A DNA stretch of 64,000 nt from an uncultured Ruminococcus sp. (GTDB lineage Bacteria; Bacillota; Clostridia; Oscillospirales; Ruminococcaceae): positions 6,503 through 70,502 of the forward strand of contig CAYRPZ010000001.1 in the NCBI GenBank assembly GCA_964426275.1, given 5' to 3'. The translations under genes were made by a program, and so were the position numbers. The number at the start of each line of letters is the position of its first letter. The first letter of the stretch is position 1. The notes under the pieces were generated by a model, which ran no database searches, had not been told where the DNA came from, and saw only the letters and a list, made by a program, of their open reading frames with translations. Below, piece by piece: positions 44,431-54,011 of the stretch.

Positions 44431-46773
44431 ATGAGTAACCAAAAATTAAATATTGCACTTCTTTCAAGTCATCTTGAAGATGAATATGCAAAGACTTTAT
44501 GCAAAGGTGCTATGATTGCTGCTGAAGAAATGGACGTTAATCTTTTCATTATACCCGGCAGATATTTTGACTCAAATTATGAAGATAAGGAAAGAACCAA
44601 GTATAAATATCAGTATGATACTTTATTTTCATATGTGAACAGCCAAAGCGTTGATGGTCTTATAATCATGACTGAAACAATAGGAAGTACATGGAGTTAT
44701 GAGAGAAAATCAGAACTTTTAAGACGTTTCAGTGATTTGCCTGTGATAAATATAGGCCCTGATATGGAAGGTCATTTCTGCGTTAAATTTGATAATAAAA
44801 CCGGTTTGCGTGAAGGTATTGAACACCTTATAAAAGAGCATAAAAGAAAAAAAATAGGCTTTTTAAGCGGACCAATTACAAATAAAGATGCTGTTGAACG
44901 ACTTCAGGTATATAAAGATACATTAACTGCAAACGGCATGGAAATTTCCGATAAACTTATTGCATACGGTTCATTCACGGATTCCTGTATTGAACAAACT
45001 GAAAAACTTATTCAGGATAATCCTGATATAGATGCAATCGTCTTTTCAAATGACAGAATGGCTATCGGCGGATATACAGCAATATCTGAACTTGGGCTCA
45101 AAATAGGAACTGATATTTCTGTAATGGGATTTGATGATTCCGCTGAGGCAATATCAGTCAGTCCAAAACTTACAACCGTAAGGGCTGATGCCACTGAAAT
45201 AGGATACCGTTCGTTAATGGAAGTCATGAATCTTATCCAGTTCGGCAGAATGAAAAAACCTGTTGTAGACTCAAGGCTTATTATAAGAGGTTCATGTGGC
45301 TGCCGAAAAAACGGAAGTTATGCTGACATCAATGATTGTATGAAAAAATTACTTGAAACTCCGGAAACTATGCTTGCTTCCAATATTACTGACTTTATTT
45401 TTGAAAACTACAATTCAAGCCTCCCTGTAAACAGTTATAAAATGAGTTTATACAGTTTTTTCAATATGCTCATTTTTAAAATAGGAAAAAGCAATATCCA
45501 AAGCAATGAAATAAGTGACAACATTATTTCAAGACTTGATTCAATAATAAATTCAAAGTTTACTGAATATGTACCGATTGAAAATTTTTTCTATGCTCTT
45601 AATATGGTATGCCGCTATACAATGTTCAAAAACAGTATGTACAGCACTTTAGAAAAACAAATTATTTTAAGTGAACTTTTTACAAATATATATAGCCATA
45701 TAACTACAAGATATGCTATTGAAAATACGCTCCATACAAACGATATCGAATATCTTTCATGGCTTACAAATTCTCTTACAAGAGATATGCTCCTTTTTAT
45801 CGGAAGTGATAAGTGCTATGGTTCAGTAAGCAAAAAACTTTCAGGAATAAAAATGAAAAGCAGTTATATATTTACTTTTAAAAACCCGATAAACCATAAA
45901 AGAAATCAAAAATGGATTCCGCCTGAAAAAATATATCTGAAATCATATCATAATACAGATAAAACTGAAATAATACCGACTGAAAAACAAAAAATAACTA
46001 CTGATGATATTTTCAGAAATGAATATCTTCCGTCAGACCGCCAGTATACAATGGTGCTTTCAACTCTTTATTCAAATGAAGACCAGTACGGACTGTTTCT
46101 CTGCGAAATTGACTATGAACATTTCTATTATATCGCTCCCATAACCGTCCAGCTCTGTGCCTCAATAAAAACAATGAACCTCATTGCCAAGCAGGAAATT
46201 ACCCAGAAAAAACTTCAGCAGTCACTTGAAAAAATAAAACAGAATAATGTTATACTTGACAATATATCCAAATCAGATGAACTTACGGAAATATACAACA
46301 GACGGGGCTTTTTTGAAATGACACAGACTATAATTTCAGACAGAAGAAATCTTTCAAAACGTGCAATGATTGTCTTTGCAGATATGGACTGCCTGAAAAC
46401 AATAAATGATAAATTCGGTCATGATGACGGTGACTTTGCAATAAAAAAGACCGCTGAAATACTTACAAGTTCATTCAGAACAACAGATGTTGTCGGAAGA
46501 ATAGGCGGTGATGAATTTGCCGCATTTGCACTTGTTGACTGCAATGACTATGCCGATAATGTCCGTGAAAGAATAAAATCCAAATCAGATGAAGTGAATA
46601 ATACTTCAGATAAACCATATTATATCAGCATGAGTCTTGGAATATGTGAATTTCAATGCAGTCCTGATACAGACATTAAAAAAATGCTTGATATTGCAGA
46701 TGAACACCTCTATTTGGAAAAAAGAAATAAAATTAAAAAAATTCTGAAAGATGAAAACAACCCCATGCAGTAA
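44431..46773 (+). CDS. Cytoplasmic sugar-binding (LacI/PBP1-type) sensor domain fused to a GGDEF diguanylate cyclase
   Basis: No signal peptide and no HTH. The N-terminal ~290 aa resemble a LacI-type ligand-binding core (FSNDRMAIGGY, GFDDS). The C-terminus has RTTD-x5-GGDEF (intact I-site plus active site). ATG 44431 is preferred, with an AGGGG RBS. Confidence 0.85.
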   Translation: MSNQKLNIALLSSHLEDEYAKTLCKGAMIAAEEMDVNLFIIPGRYFDSNYEDKERTKYKYQYDTLFSYVNSQSVDGLIIMTETIGSTWSYERKSELLRRFSDLPVINIGPDMEGHFCVKFDNKTGLREGIEHLIKEHKRKKIGFLSGPITNKDAVERLQVYKDTLTANGMEISDKLIAYGSFTDSCIEQTEKLIQDNPDIDAIVFSNDRMAIGGYTAISELGLKIGTDISVMGFDDSAEAISVSPKLTTVRADATEIGYRSLMEVMNLIQFGRMKKPVVDSRLIIRGSCGCRKNGSYADINDCMKKLLETPETMLASNITDFIFENYNSSLPVNSYKMSLYSFFNMLIFKIGKSNIQSNEISDNIISRLDSIINSKFTEYVPIENFFYALNMVCRYTMFKNSMYSTLEKQIILSELFTNIYSHITTRYAIENTLHTNDIEYLSWLTNSLTRDMLLFIGSDKCYGSVSKKLSGIKMKSSYIFTFKNPINHKRNQKWIPPEKIYLKSYHNTDKTEIIPTEKQKITTDDIFRNEYLPSDRQYTMVLSTLYSNEDQYGLFLCEIDYEHFYYIAPITVQLCASIKTMNLIAKQEITQKKLQQSLEKIKQNNVILDNISKSDELTEIYNRRGFFEMTQTIISDRRNLSKRAMIVFADMDCLKTINDKFGHDDGDFAIKKTAEILTSSFRTTDVVGRIGGDEFAAFALVDCNDYADNVRERIKSKSDEVNNTSDKPYYISMSLGICEFQCSPDTDIKKMLDIADEHLYLEKRNKIKKILKDENNPMQ

Positions 46774-46784
46774 TGCATGGGGTT
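46759..46784. terminator. Hairpin shared by the convergent GGDEF and HD-GYP genes
   Basis: An 11-bp stem AACCCCATGCA / TGCATGGGGTT with loop GTAA, which contains the GGDEF stop codon. The U-tracts are weak. Confidence 0.5.
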
Positions 46785-46790
46785 GAATAT

Positions 46791-48911
46791 TTACTCATTT
46801 TCTTTATTGTAATGTTCACGGATTGCATTGATTTCATCAGAGATGCTAAGAAATATATCTGTAAGATCGGGGTCAAAATTTGTCCCTCTGCCTTCGGCAA
46901 TGATTTCCATAGAACGTTCATGGCTGAAAGGCTTTTTATATGCTTTCTTTGATGTAAGTGCCTCATATACATCAACTATTGCCATTATTCTTGCACAAAG
47001 CGGTATTTCCTCGCCTTTAAGACCTTCGGGATATCCTTTTCCATTCCATTTTTCATGATGATAATATGCCATATCCTTGGCAACATAAAGAAAGCTTGCA
47101 TCTGTTACCTGACTTATAATTCTCTCAAAAGTCTGCTTTCCTATTTCGGTATGTTTCTTGATATGTTCAAATTCATTTATTTCCAATGCACCATTTTTCT
47201 TAAGTACAGAGTCGGAAACCCCTGCCATTCCGATATTGTGAAGCGTTGCACCTCTGAGCAAATCGGCTTTGAACTGTTTCGTGAAAATTTTCCTGTATTT
47301 TTCCTCAGAAGCAATTGCAGGAATGAATACTTCAAAATATTTTCTGGTAACTTTTTTCTTTTTGCCGTCAGTAGTATCTCTTGAATCAATAAGCTCTGCA
47401 ATACATGTTGTCATAGTGTCATGGAACTGTTCAAGTTGTTCTGTCTTTTCTTCAACAAGAGAGCTGAGCTCCGTCTGATAAAAGTCAATCTGTTTCTTAT
47501 TTTCAGTGAATTCATCTTTCATATAATGAATACAATTTCCAATATTATCATATCCTCTTGCAATGGCACATGCCATCTCACGACAGGTTTTATAACCGCA
47601 GACACCACAGTTTATATTCTGTAAAACTATATCTGTCTTATTCATATTCTGAAAGATTTCCTGAATCTGCTGATTTGAAACCTCGGGATATTCAACAGCA
47701 GAATCGGTGCTGAATTTTCTTGCAAAATCCGAAAAGTCAATATCTGAAAATTGTTTTGAAAGCACAGTACTGTAATCATCATTCAGTGTTGAAATATAAT
47801 GTTCTTTAAAATCATTATAGTATTTGTCAACATTGTATTTAAGTTCGTAACGATTAATCTGGGAACATGATACAGATGAAAAGATACAGCCGTCCTTACA
47901 GCTTAAAATATCAGTAAGCACAGGAGCTTTCTTTATTTTTTTGATATTAGCTTTATGTTCATCAATATACTGATATATTTTATCAGCACCTGATACAGAG
48001 TCAATAAACATATATTTATCAAGCAGAGCATTGATATTTTTCTTAAGACCCGCAGGTACTGTGTATAATGAACCAAATCCATTATCATTGCTGTCAGAGT
48101 AATGATATGAGGAAATATCGGTTCCCGCAAGTTTTCTGACAAGATTTTTAATTGTTATATTATATGAAATATATCCGCCGGTTTCAGAAGATTCAAATTC
48201 GGCTTTTTTTGCGATGCATGAACCTATAAAAGCAAATTTATCATTATTGTTCAGATATTTTCTTGCATATATTGCAGTACATACGGCATCACTCTGAAAC
48301 GGAACAAGTTTTTCAGCAAGCTTGTTCTGATACTTTTCGATATATGAAACCACGGGATAGCAAGATGAAGATATAAGTCCTTTTTCAGATGGATTTTTCT
48401 TTATGTAATCAGCAGTTGCAAGTGCATTTATATCAGCGCCTGTATCACAGTGATATATTTTATTTACTCCAAGTGATTTCAGATATCCAAGAATATTTTC
48501 ATATTTTTTAGGATAGTTCATGTAAAGTGCAGATGAAATTATTACAGATATATTTTCTTTTCTGCTTTCAAGGTCACTGAAGAAAAGTTCTGTATCATCT
48601 CTGTACTTTATCGCATTTCTCTGACATATATCCATACATTTCCCGCAGTTTATGCATTTGTCCGCATCAATGCTTACTACATATTTTGAGTTTTCATCAC
48701 CCTCTGATATGGCAACATTCTCAATATCAATTGAATCAAGGTCATCAATGCTTATATTCTCAATATTATCAAGGTCAATTATATTTTCAGATTTTCCGGC
48801 ATTTCTATATAATATAACAGCCGCACCTGATACAGGGCACGCTCTTACACAACTGAAACAACCTCTGCATTCATCTGTAGTATAAAAAATACCATCATTA
48901 AATTCAGACAT
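46791..48911 (-). CDS. [FeFe]-hydrogenase-like Fe-S sensor protein fused to a degenerate HD-GYP domain
   Basis: 706 aa with two ferredoxin-type CxxCxxCxxxCP motifs. Fe-hydrogenase large-subunit-like segment: SSCYPV, GSCIAKKAEF, SCKDGC. A CGVCGYKTCREMAC Fe-S motif. C-terminal HD-GYP scaffold HHEKWNGKGYPEGL, but LHNIGM where LHDIGK is expected. Confidence 0.8.
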   Translation of the reverse strand: MSEFNDGIFYTTDECRGCFSCVRACPVSGAAVILYRNAGKSENIIDLDNIENISIDDLDSIDIENVAISEGDENSKYVVSIDADKCINCGKCMDICQRNAIKYRDDTELFFSDLESRKENISVIISSALYMNYPKKYENILGYLKSLGVNKIYHCDTGADINALATADYIKKNPSEKGLISSSCYPVVSYIEKYQNKLAEKLVPFQSDAVCTAIYARKYLNNNDKFAFIGSCIAKKAEFESSETGGYISYNITIKNLVRKLAGTDISSYHYSDSNDNGFGSLYTVPAGLKKNINALLDKYMFIDSVSGADKIYQYIDEHKANIKKIKKAPVLTDILSCKDGCIFSSVSCSQINRYELKYNVDKYYNDFKEHYISTLNDDYSTVLSKQFSDIDFSDFARKFSTDSAVEYPEVSNQQIQEIFQNMNKTDIVLQNINCGVCGYKTCREMACAIARGYDNIGNCIHYMKDEFTENKKQIDFYQTELSSLVEEKTEQLEQFHDTMTTCIAELIDSRDTTDGKKKKVTRKYFEVFIPAIASEEKYRKIFTKQFKADLLRGATLHNIGMAGVSDSVLKKNGALEINEFEHIKKHTEIGKQTFERIISQVTDASFLYVAKDMAYYHHEKWNGKGYPEGLKGEEIPLCARIMAIVDVYEALTSKKAYKKPFSHERSMEIIAEGRGTNFDPDLTDIFLSISDEINAIREHYNKENE

Positions 48912-49067
48912 TTTTCCACCACTTTCTAAAAATTAAAACAACACCAAAAACATACAAACATACATAATAATATTATTATACATTAATTAGCAAAAAAAAT
49001 CAATACTATTTTATATAAATTATTACTTCTTATACGAAATTTGTATTATATAAAATTATACTTGATA

Positions 49068-49096
49068 TTGAAATTTTTTTATGTATATGATATAAT
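49068..49096 (+). promoter_or_regulatory. Near-consensus SigA promoter for the orphan 473-aa gene
   Basis: TTGAAA (49068-49073), 17 nt, TATAAT (49091-49096) with an extended -10 TG. Confidence 0.6.
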
Positions 49097-49144
49097 TATT
49101 ATAAATTTGTTTCATAAAATTCGTTTTATAAAGGAAATTTTATT

Positions 49145-50566
49145 ATGATGAATATAAGGATAAACAAGTACGCAGTAAACCTCAATGATAATTCACATAT
49201 AGTCAGGGTATGTTACAAACAGCCTTTTAACGGAAGATATCATCCGTTTGACACCCGTGCTGCCGAAAGCCATTATATCTCCGAACAAGGTTTCTCTTTC
49301 CTCGGCGATATCGACAGCATTACCCAGAAAAGCTGTATTGACAACATCGAAAGCCAGCTTAAATTCAACAGACATATAAGATTTATATATCAGCGTCTGC
49401 TTATAATTCATAATGGTGTTGTAATATGGGACAACAAAAAAGAACCGCACAGAGAAAAAAATTACTTCAAAGGCTTTGTTCTCCATGCACTTTATGGCGA
49501 ATTTATTGCTGAGGAGCATAAATGCGGTTACAATATAACAAATTCAGGTCTTTGTGCTGATGAAGTATATATATGGGACAGCTGTGACTATGCTCTCGGA
49601 CGTGCCCTGAACTTCTCAAGAAAAAATCCTAATAATTACTGCCTGCTTTCCGGAATAAGCTTTGATTACAACGAGCTTATAAAAGATGCCCCTGTACCGC
49701 CATGGGCAATTACAGAACTTAAAAAGAATATAATGAAAAACCTTATCAATGATGACGGCGAAAATGTTATCTATAATACGGAGGCTTTTTTCAACTATTT
49801 TAATACTCTCACAAGAAATGAAAAGAAAAAAATTATCAATAATTATCCCGAACCTCCCGAATGGAGAAACTGGTACGCTTCAGAAGGCTCTCACAGAAAT
49901 ACTGATGTCACAAAACAGTATAAAGAATACCTGCAAAAAATTGAAGAAAAAAAATCAAAGCTGAAAGCAGTTTCCTCCTCTATCAATATCGTAAACAACC
50001 GTGTTCTTGATGATACTGATGATGAAACGGATTTTGAAGAAGATGACTATTTTGATGCCAAGGAAATGTTTTTCAGATATAACGGTTCTCTTGCTGATAT
50101 GTGTGCTGACGAAACAATGGAATCATATATCAGATTTGAAGTTCCAAAGGCTCTGGAGAAAAAATGGACTGATGAGCTTACTGAAATATGGCTTGAAAAT
50201 ATTTCACAAGCAAATGACTGCCTCAAATCCTCTGCCGAACTTATAAATGCAATTCACAGGGACAGTAATTTCCTGCTTATGAAAAAATTTGCCGTTGCAT
50301 TTGAAAATTCATACTTTCTTATTGACAGCTATGAATTTCTTACAATATGTGAAATGGTGCTCGAAAAAATAAATTATGAAAAATACGGAAGAAAAAGAGA
50401 GTTTATATTTCTGCTCGATGAATTTGAAAACTTTATAGCTGAAACAGTTGAAAGAAAAAATATTAAATGCGTAAGAAATGATATCTCTGAAAATGAAATA
50501 AGAATAAGATTCGCTCTCATGCTGAAAAAAATTATGCAGTGGCAGACTGCTTGTAACCCGCTTTAA
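49145..50566 (+). CDS. Hypothetical protein, no recognisable domain
   Basis: 473-aa ORF with RBS AAGGAAA, its own promoter and its own terminator. Acidic linker DDTDDETDFEEDDYFD at mid-protein. Confidence 0.75.
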   Translation: MMNIRINKYAVNLNDNSHIVRVCYKQPFNGRYHPFDTRAAESHYISEQGFSFLGDIDSITQKSCIDNIESQLKFNRHIRFIYQRLLIIHNGVVIWDNKKEPHREKNYFKGFVLHALYGEFIAEEHKCGYNITNSGLCADEVYIWDSCDYALGRALNFSRKNPNNYCLLSGISFDYNELIKDAPVPPWAITELKKNIMKNLINDDGENVIYNTEAFFNYFNTLTRNEKKKIINNYPEPPEWRNWYASEGSHRNTDVTKQYKEYLQKIEEKKSKLKAVSSSINIVNNRVLDDTDDETDFEEDDYFDAKEMFFRYNGSLADMCADETMESYIRFEVPKALEKKWTDELTEIWLENISQANDCLKSSAELINAIHRDSNFLLMKKFAVAFENSYFLIDSYEFLTICEMVLEKINYEKYGRKREFIFLLDEFENFIAETVERKNIKCVRNDISENEIRIRFALMLKKIMQWQTACNPL

Positions 50567-50575
50567 TAATATTTC

Positions 50576-50610
50576 AAGGAACGGACAGTTAAAAACCGTT
50601 CCTTTGTTTT
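50576..50610 (+). terminator. Rho-independent terminator
   Basis: A 9-bp stem AAGGAACGG / CCGTTCCTT followed by TGTTTT. Confidence 0.75.
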
Positions 50611-50700
50611 ACTGCAATATCCAAAATACCCTGACAAATCAAAATTTGTCTGATAATTTTCTTAACTATTTTAAAAAATTCAAAGAATTAAAATAGATAC

Positions 50701-50729
50701 TTGCAAAATAATCAGAAATATGGTATGAT
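50701..50729 (+). promoter_or_regulatory. SigA promoter for the carboxyltransferase operon
   Basis: TTGCAA (50701-50706), 17 nt, TATGAT (50724-50729) with an upstream TG. Confidence 0.55.
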
Positions 50730-50770
50730 AAGAGTATATTGGATTATTATATCAGGAAGGAATAATAAGT

Positions 50771-52138
50771 ATGCAAATTGAAAAAAATTTGAACAGTCCT
50801 GCCAGAAAAAGACTTGAACTCCTTTTCGATGATGGTTCTTTTACAGAAATCAATTCATTCACTATGGAAAAAGATAGTCTTGCAGGCGTTGTTTCAGCTT
50901 ACGGATATGTAAATGGTACTCCTGTATATGCTTTTTCACAGGATAAGTCAGTAAACGGCGGTGCAGTCGGTTCTGCTCATGCCGCCAAAATTGCCAAGCT
51001 CTATTCACTCGCTGCAAAGACAGGTGCTCCTGTTGTAGGCATTCATGACTCAAACGGTGCATTTGTTGACGGCTCTGCTGATTCTCTCAATGCTTACAGC
51101 GAAATGATTTCCGCTTCATCTGTAATTTCAGGTGTTGTTCCACAGATTTCAGTTATAATGGGAACTTGTGCAGGAAGTGCTGCAATTCTTGCGTGTTCTT
51201 CAGATTTCGTTATCATGACCAAAGACAGCGAATTTTTCGTTGCTCCTCCTTTTGATACAAAGAAAAACGGCGTAGGCACTGCAAAAGCCTGTTCAAAAGC
51301 CGGTGTTGCCCATGCAGTGTGCGACAGCGATGAGGAAGCTATTAAAAAAGCTAAGGAAATACTTAACCTCATGCCTGCAAATAACCTTTCATCTGCTCCT
51401 ATGTTTGAAGCCGGTGAAAATAATACTGTTCTTTCAGCCGGCGATATAAAATCAATCGTTGATTCTGTTGCCGATACTGATTCAGCTGTTGAACTCTGTG
51501 CTGATTTCGGAAAGGCATCTTACACTGCACTTGCTTCAGTTTCAGGTTCTTCAGTAGGAATTATCGCAACCAACAAGACTGATTCACGCCTTACAGCTGA
51601 TGACTGCGACAAACTCGCAAGATTTATCAGAACCTGTGATGCTTTCTCACTTCCGATTATAACTTTTGTTGACACTGAAGGATTTGAAGCCGATTCAGAA
51701 GCTGAACTCGCCGGCAGTGTAAGAGATATGACAAAACTGGCTAACTGCTATGCCGAAGCTACAACAGTTAAAATTTCAGTCGTTACCGGAAAAGCTGTCG
51801 GTCCTGCATTCGTTGCTCTTGCAGGAAAAAATCTTAATACTGACTTTACTCTTGCGTGGGACGGCTCAGTAATTGCTCCGCTTTCACCTGTTACAGCCGT
51901 TGAATTTTTATGGCATGACAGACTTAAAGGTGCTGAAAACCTCAGTGCAAAAAGAAATGAACTCGCTCAGGAATTTTCAAATACAATTGCTTCAGCCGTT
52001 TCTGCTGCTGAAAGAAATGCAGTTGATGAAGTCATCGCTCCTGAGGATACAAGAAAGGTACTTGTTTCTGCCCTCGATATACTTTCAGGCAAGAGAGTTT
52101 CAAAACTCCCGAAGAAACACAGCAATATACCTTTCTGA
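50771..52138 (+). CDS. Acyl-CoA carboxyltransferase subunit (methylmalonyl-CoA decarboxylase alpha / transcarboxylase 12S-like)
   Basis: 455 aa; LLFDDGSFTE, a Gly-rich oxyanion region GTCAGSAA, and a second CT half-domain. Confidence 0.85.
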   Translation: MQIEKNLNSPARKRLELLFDDGSFTEINSFTMEKDSLAGVVSAYGYVNGTPVYAFSQDKSVNGGAVGSAHAAKIAKLYSLAAKTGAPVVGIHDSNGAFVDGSADSLNAYSEMISASSVISGVVPQISVIMGTCAGSAAILACSSDFVIMTKDSEFFVAPPFDTKKNGVGTAKACSKAGVAHAVCDSDEEAIKKAKEILNLMPANNLSSAPMFEAGENNTVLSAGDIKSIVDSVADTDSAVELCADFGKASYTALASVSGSSVGIIATNKTDSRLTADDCDKLARFIRTCDAFSLPIITFVDTEGFEADSEAELAGSVRDMTKLANCYAEATTVKISVVTGKAVGPAFVALAGKNLNTDFTLAWDGSVIAPLSPVTAVEFLWHDRLKGAENLSAKRNELAQEFSNTIASAVSAAERNAVDEVIAPEDTRKVLVSALDILSGKRVSKLPKKHSNIPF

Positions 52139-52196
52139 TTTTCAGTTCCTGTTATATATATGTATAAAAACTAATATTTGAATAGGTGGTTTAATT

Positions 52197-52562
52197 ATGA
52201 AAAGATTTAATATTACAGTAAACGGTACTGCTTACGATGTTGCAGTTGAGGAAATAACAGACGGTTCTGCTCCTGCTCCTGTTGCCGCTGCTCCTGCTCC
52301 TGCAAAGAAAGCTGCTCCCGCTCCTGCTTCAGCTCCTGTTGCCGGTGCAGGTACAAAAGTTTCTGCTCCTATGCCGGGAACTATCCTTGATATAAAGGTT
52401 AAGGAAGGCGATACAGTAACAAAGGGACAGGCTATAATCGTTCTTGAAGCTATGAAAATGGAAAATGATATTGTTGCTCCTTGTGACGGCAAGATTACAA
52501 GTATTCTTGCCAAGAAAGGTGACTCTGTAAATTCATCTGATACTCTTGCAACAATTCAGTAA
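52197..52562 (+). CDS. Biotin carboxyl carrier protein (1.3S-like)
   Basis: 121 aa; an Ala/Pro-rich linker and the biotinylation motif EAMKMEN. Confidence 0.92.
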   Translation: MKRFNITVNGTAYDVAVEEITDGSAPAPVAAAPAPAKKAAPAPASAPVAGAGTKVSAPMPGTILDIKVKEGDTVTKGQAIIVLEAMKMENDIVAPCDGKITSILAKKGDSVNSSDTLATIQ

Positions 52563-52583
52563 TGAAAGGCGGTTTTTATAATT

Positions 52584-53981
52584 ATGGCTAAGGTAAAAAT
52601 CACAGAAACTGTACTCCGTGATGCTCATCAGTCCCTTATTGCTACTCGTATGCCTATCGATGATATGCTCCCGATACTTCCGCTTATGGACAAAGTAGGA
52701 TATCATTCAGTAGAATGCTGGGGCGGTGCTACTTATGACTCATGTCTGAGATTCCTTGATGAAGACCCGTGGGAAAGACTCCGCACACTCAAGAAAAATC
52801 TGCCGAATACAAAGCTCCAGATGCTTTTCAGAGGTCAGAATATGCTCGGCTATCGTCATTATGCTGATGATGTAGTTGAGTATCTCGTACAGAAATCAAT
52901 TGCAAACGGTATTGATATCATAAGAATTTTTGATGCCCTTAATGATATAAGAAACCTTGAAACTGCTATAAAGGCTGCTAAAAAGGAAAAGGCTCATACT
53001 CAGGTTGCTATCTCATATACTCTTGGTGAAGTTTTCACAACAGAGTATTATGTAAATTATGCAAAACAGATTGAAAGTGCCGGTGCAGATTCAATCTGTA
53101 TCAAGGATATGGCAGCCCTGCTTACTCCATATGAAACTGAAAAACTTGTAAAGGCTCTCAAAAAAGCTGTTAAAATTCCGATTCAGCTTCATACCCACTA
53201 TACATCAGGTCTTGCATCAATGTGCCTTCTCAAAGGTATTGAAGCAGGTGTTGATGTAATCGATACTGCAATGTCCCCTCTTGCACTCGGTACATCTCAT
53301 GCACCGACTGAATCAATGGTTGCTGCACTCCAGAATACTGAATATGATACAGGTCTTGACCTCGTTCTGCTCACTGAAATAAGAGATTATTTCATGAAGC
53401 TCCGCAAGAAATATATTGACAGCGGTCTGCTTGACCCTAAAATGCTTGCGGTTGATGCTAACGCTCTTATCTATCAGGTTCCGGGCGGTATGCTCTCAAA
53501 TCTCCTTTCACAGCTCAAGCAGGCAGGCAAGGAAGACCTCCTCACAGAAGTTCTCAAGGAAGTTCCAAGAGTAAGAAAAGATGCAGGCTATCCTCCGCTG
53601 GTTACTCCTTCATCTCAGATTGTCGGCACTCAGGCTGTATTCAACGTTCTTACAGGTGAACGCTATAAAACTGTTACAAAAGAATTCAAGGGCATTGTCA
53701 GAGGTGAATACGGAAAGACTCCTGTTAAGATTGACCCTGAATTCAGAAAGAAAATTATCGGCGATGCAGAACCTATTGACTGTCGTCCTGCTGACCTTCT
53801 CAAGCCTGAACTTGATAAGCTCCGTGAAGAATGTGCAGAATGGATGGAACAGGAAGAAGATGTTCTCAGCTACGCACAGTTCGGTCAGGTTGCCATAAAA
53901 TTCTTTGAAAAAAGAAGAAATAAAAAATATGGCGTTGACGGTGTTCATGGTGATGCTTCCAAACAGGTTCACCCTGTCTAA
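52584..53981 (+). CDS. Oxaloacetate decarboxylase alpha / pyruvate carboxyltransferase (5S-like) subunit without a fused biotinyl domain
   Basis: 465 aa; HMGL-like TIM barrel ITETVLRDAHQSL and a conserved C-terminal region. There is no C-terminal AMKM domain. Confidence 0.9.
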   Translation: MAKVKITETVLRDAHQSLIATRMPIDDMLPILPLMDKVGYHSVECWGGATYDSCLRFLDEDPWERLRTLKKNLPNTKLQMLFRGQNMLGYRHYADDVVEYLVQKSIANGIDIIRIFDALNDIRNLETAIKAAKKEKAHTQVAISYTLGEVFTTEYYVNYAKQIESAGADSICIKDMAALLTPYETEKLVKALKKAVKIPIQLHTHYTSGLASMCLLKGIEAGVDVIDTAMSPLALGTSHAPTESMVAALQNTEYDTGLDLVLLTEIRDYFMKLRKKYIDSGLLDPKMLAVDANALIYQVPGGMLSNLLSQLKQAGKEDLLTEVLKEVPRVRKDAGYPPLVTPSSQIVGTQAVFNVLTGERYKTVTKEFKGIVRGEYGKTPVKIDPEFRKKIIGDAEPIDCRPADLLKPELDKLREECAEWMEQEEDVLSYAQFGQVAIKFFEKRRNKKYGVDGVHGDASKQVHPV

Positions 53982-54011
53982 TCAGACTTAAAACTGAAAG
54001 TTCTTATATAA

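Noticed and set aside
43196-50610. tRNA-Ser as an integration site, with the downstream AEC / GGDEF / HD-GYP / orphan genes as a genomic island
   Set aside because: There is no integrase, recombinase or transposase ORF. I noticed no repeat of the tRNA 3' end downstream. The genes each have ordinary promoters and terminators. I cannot exclude this without a whole-genome comparison.
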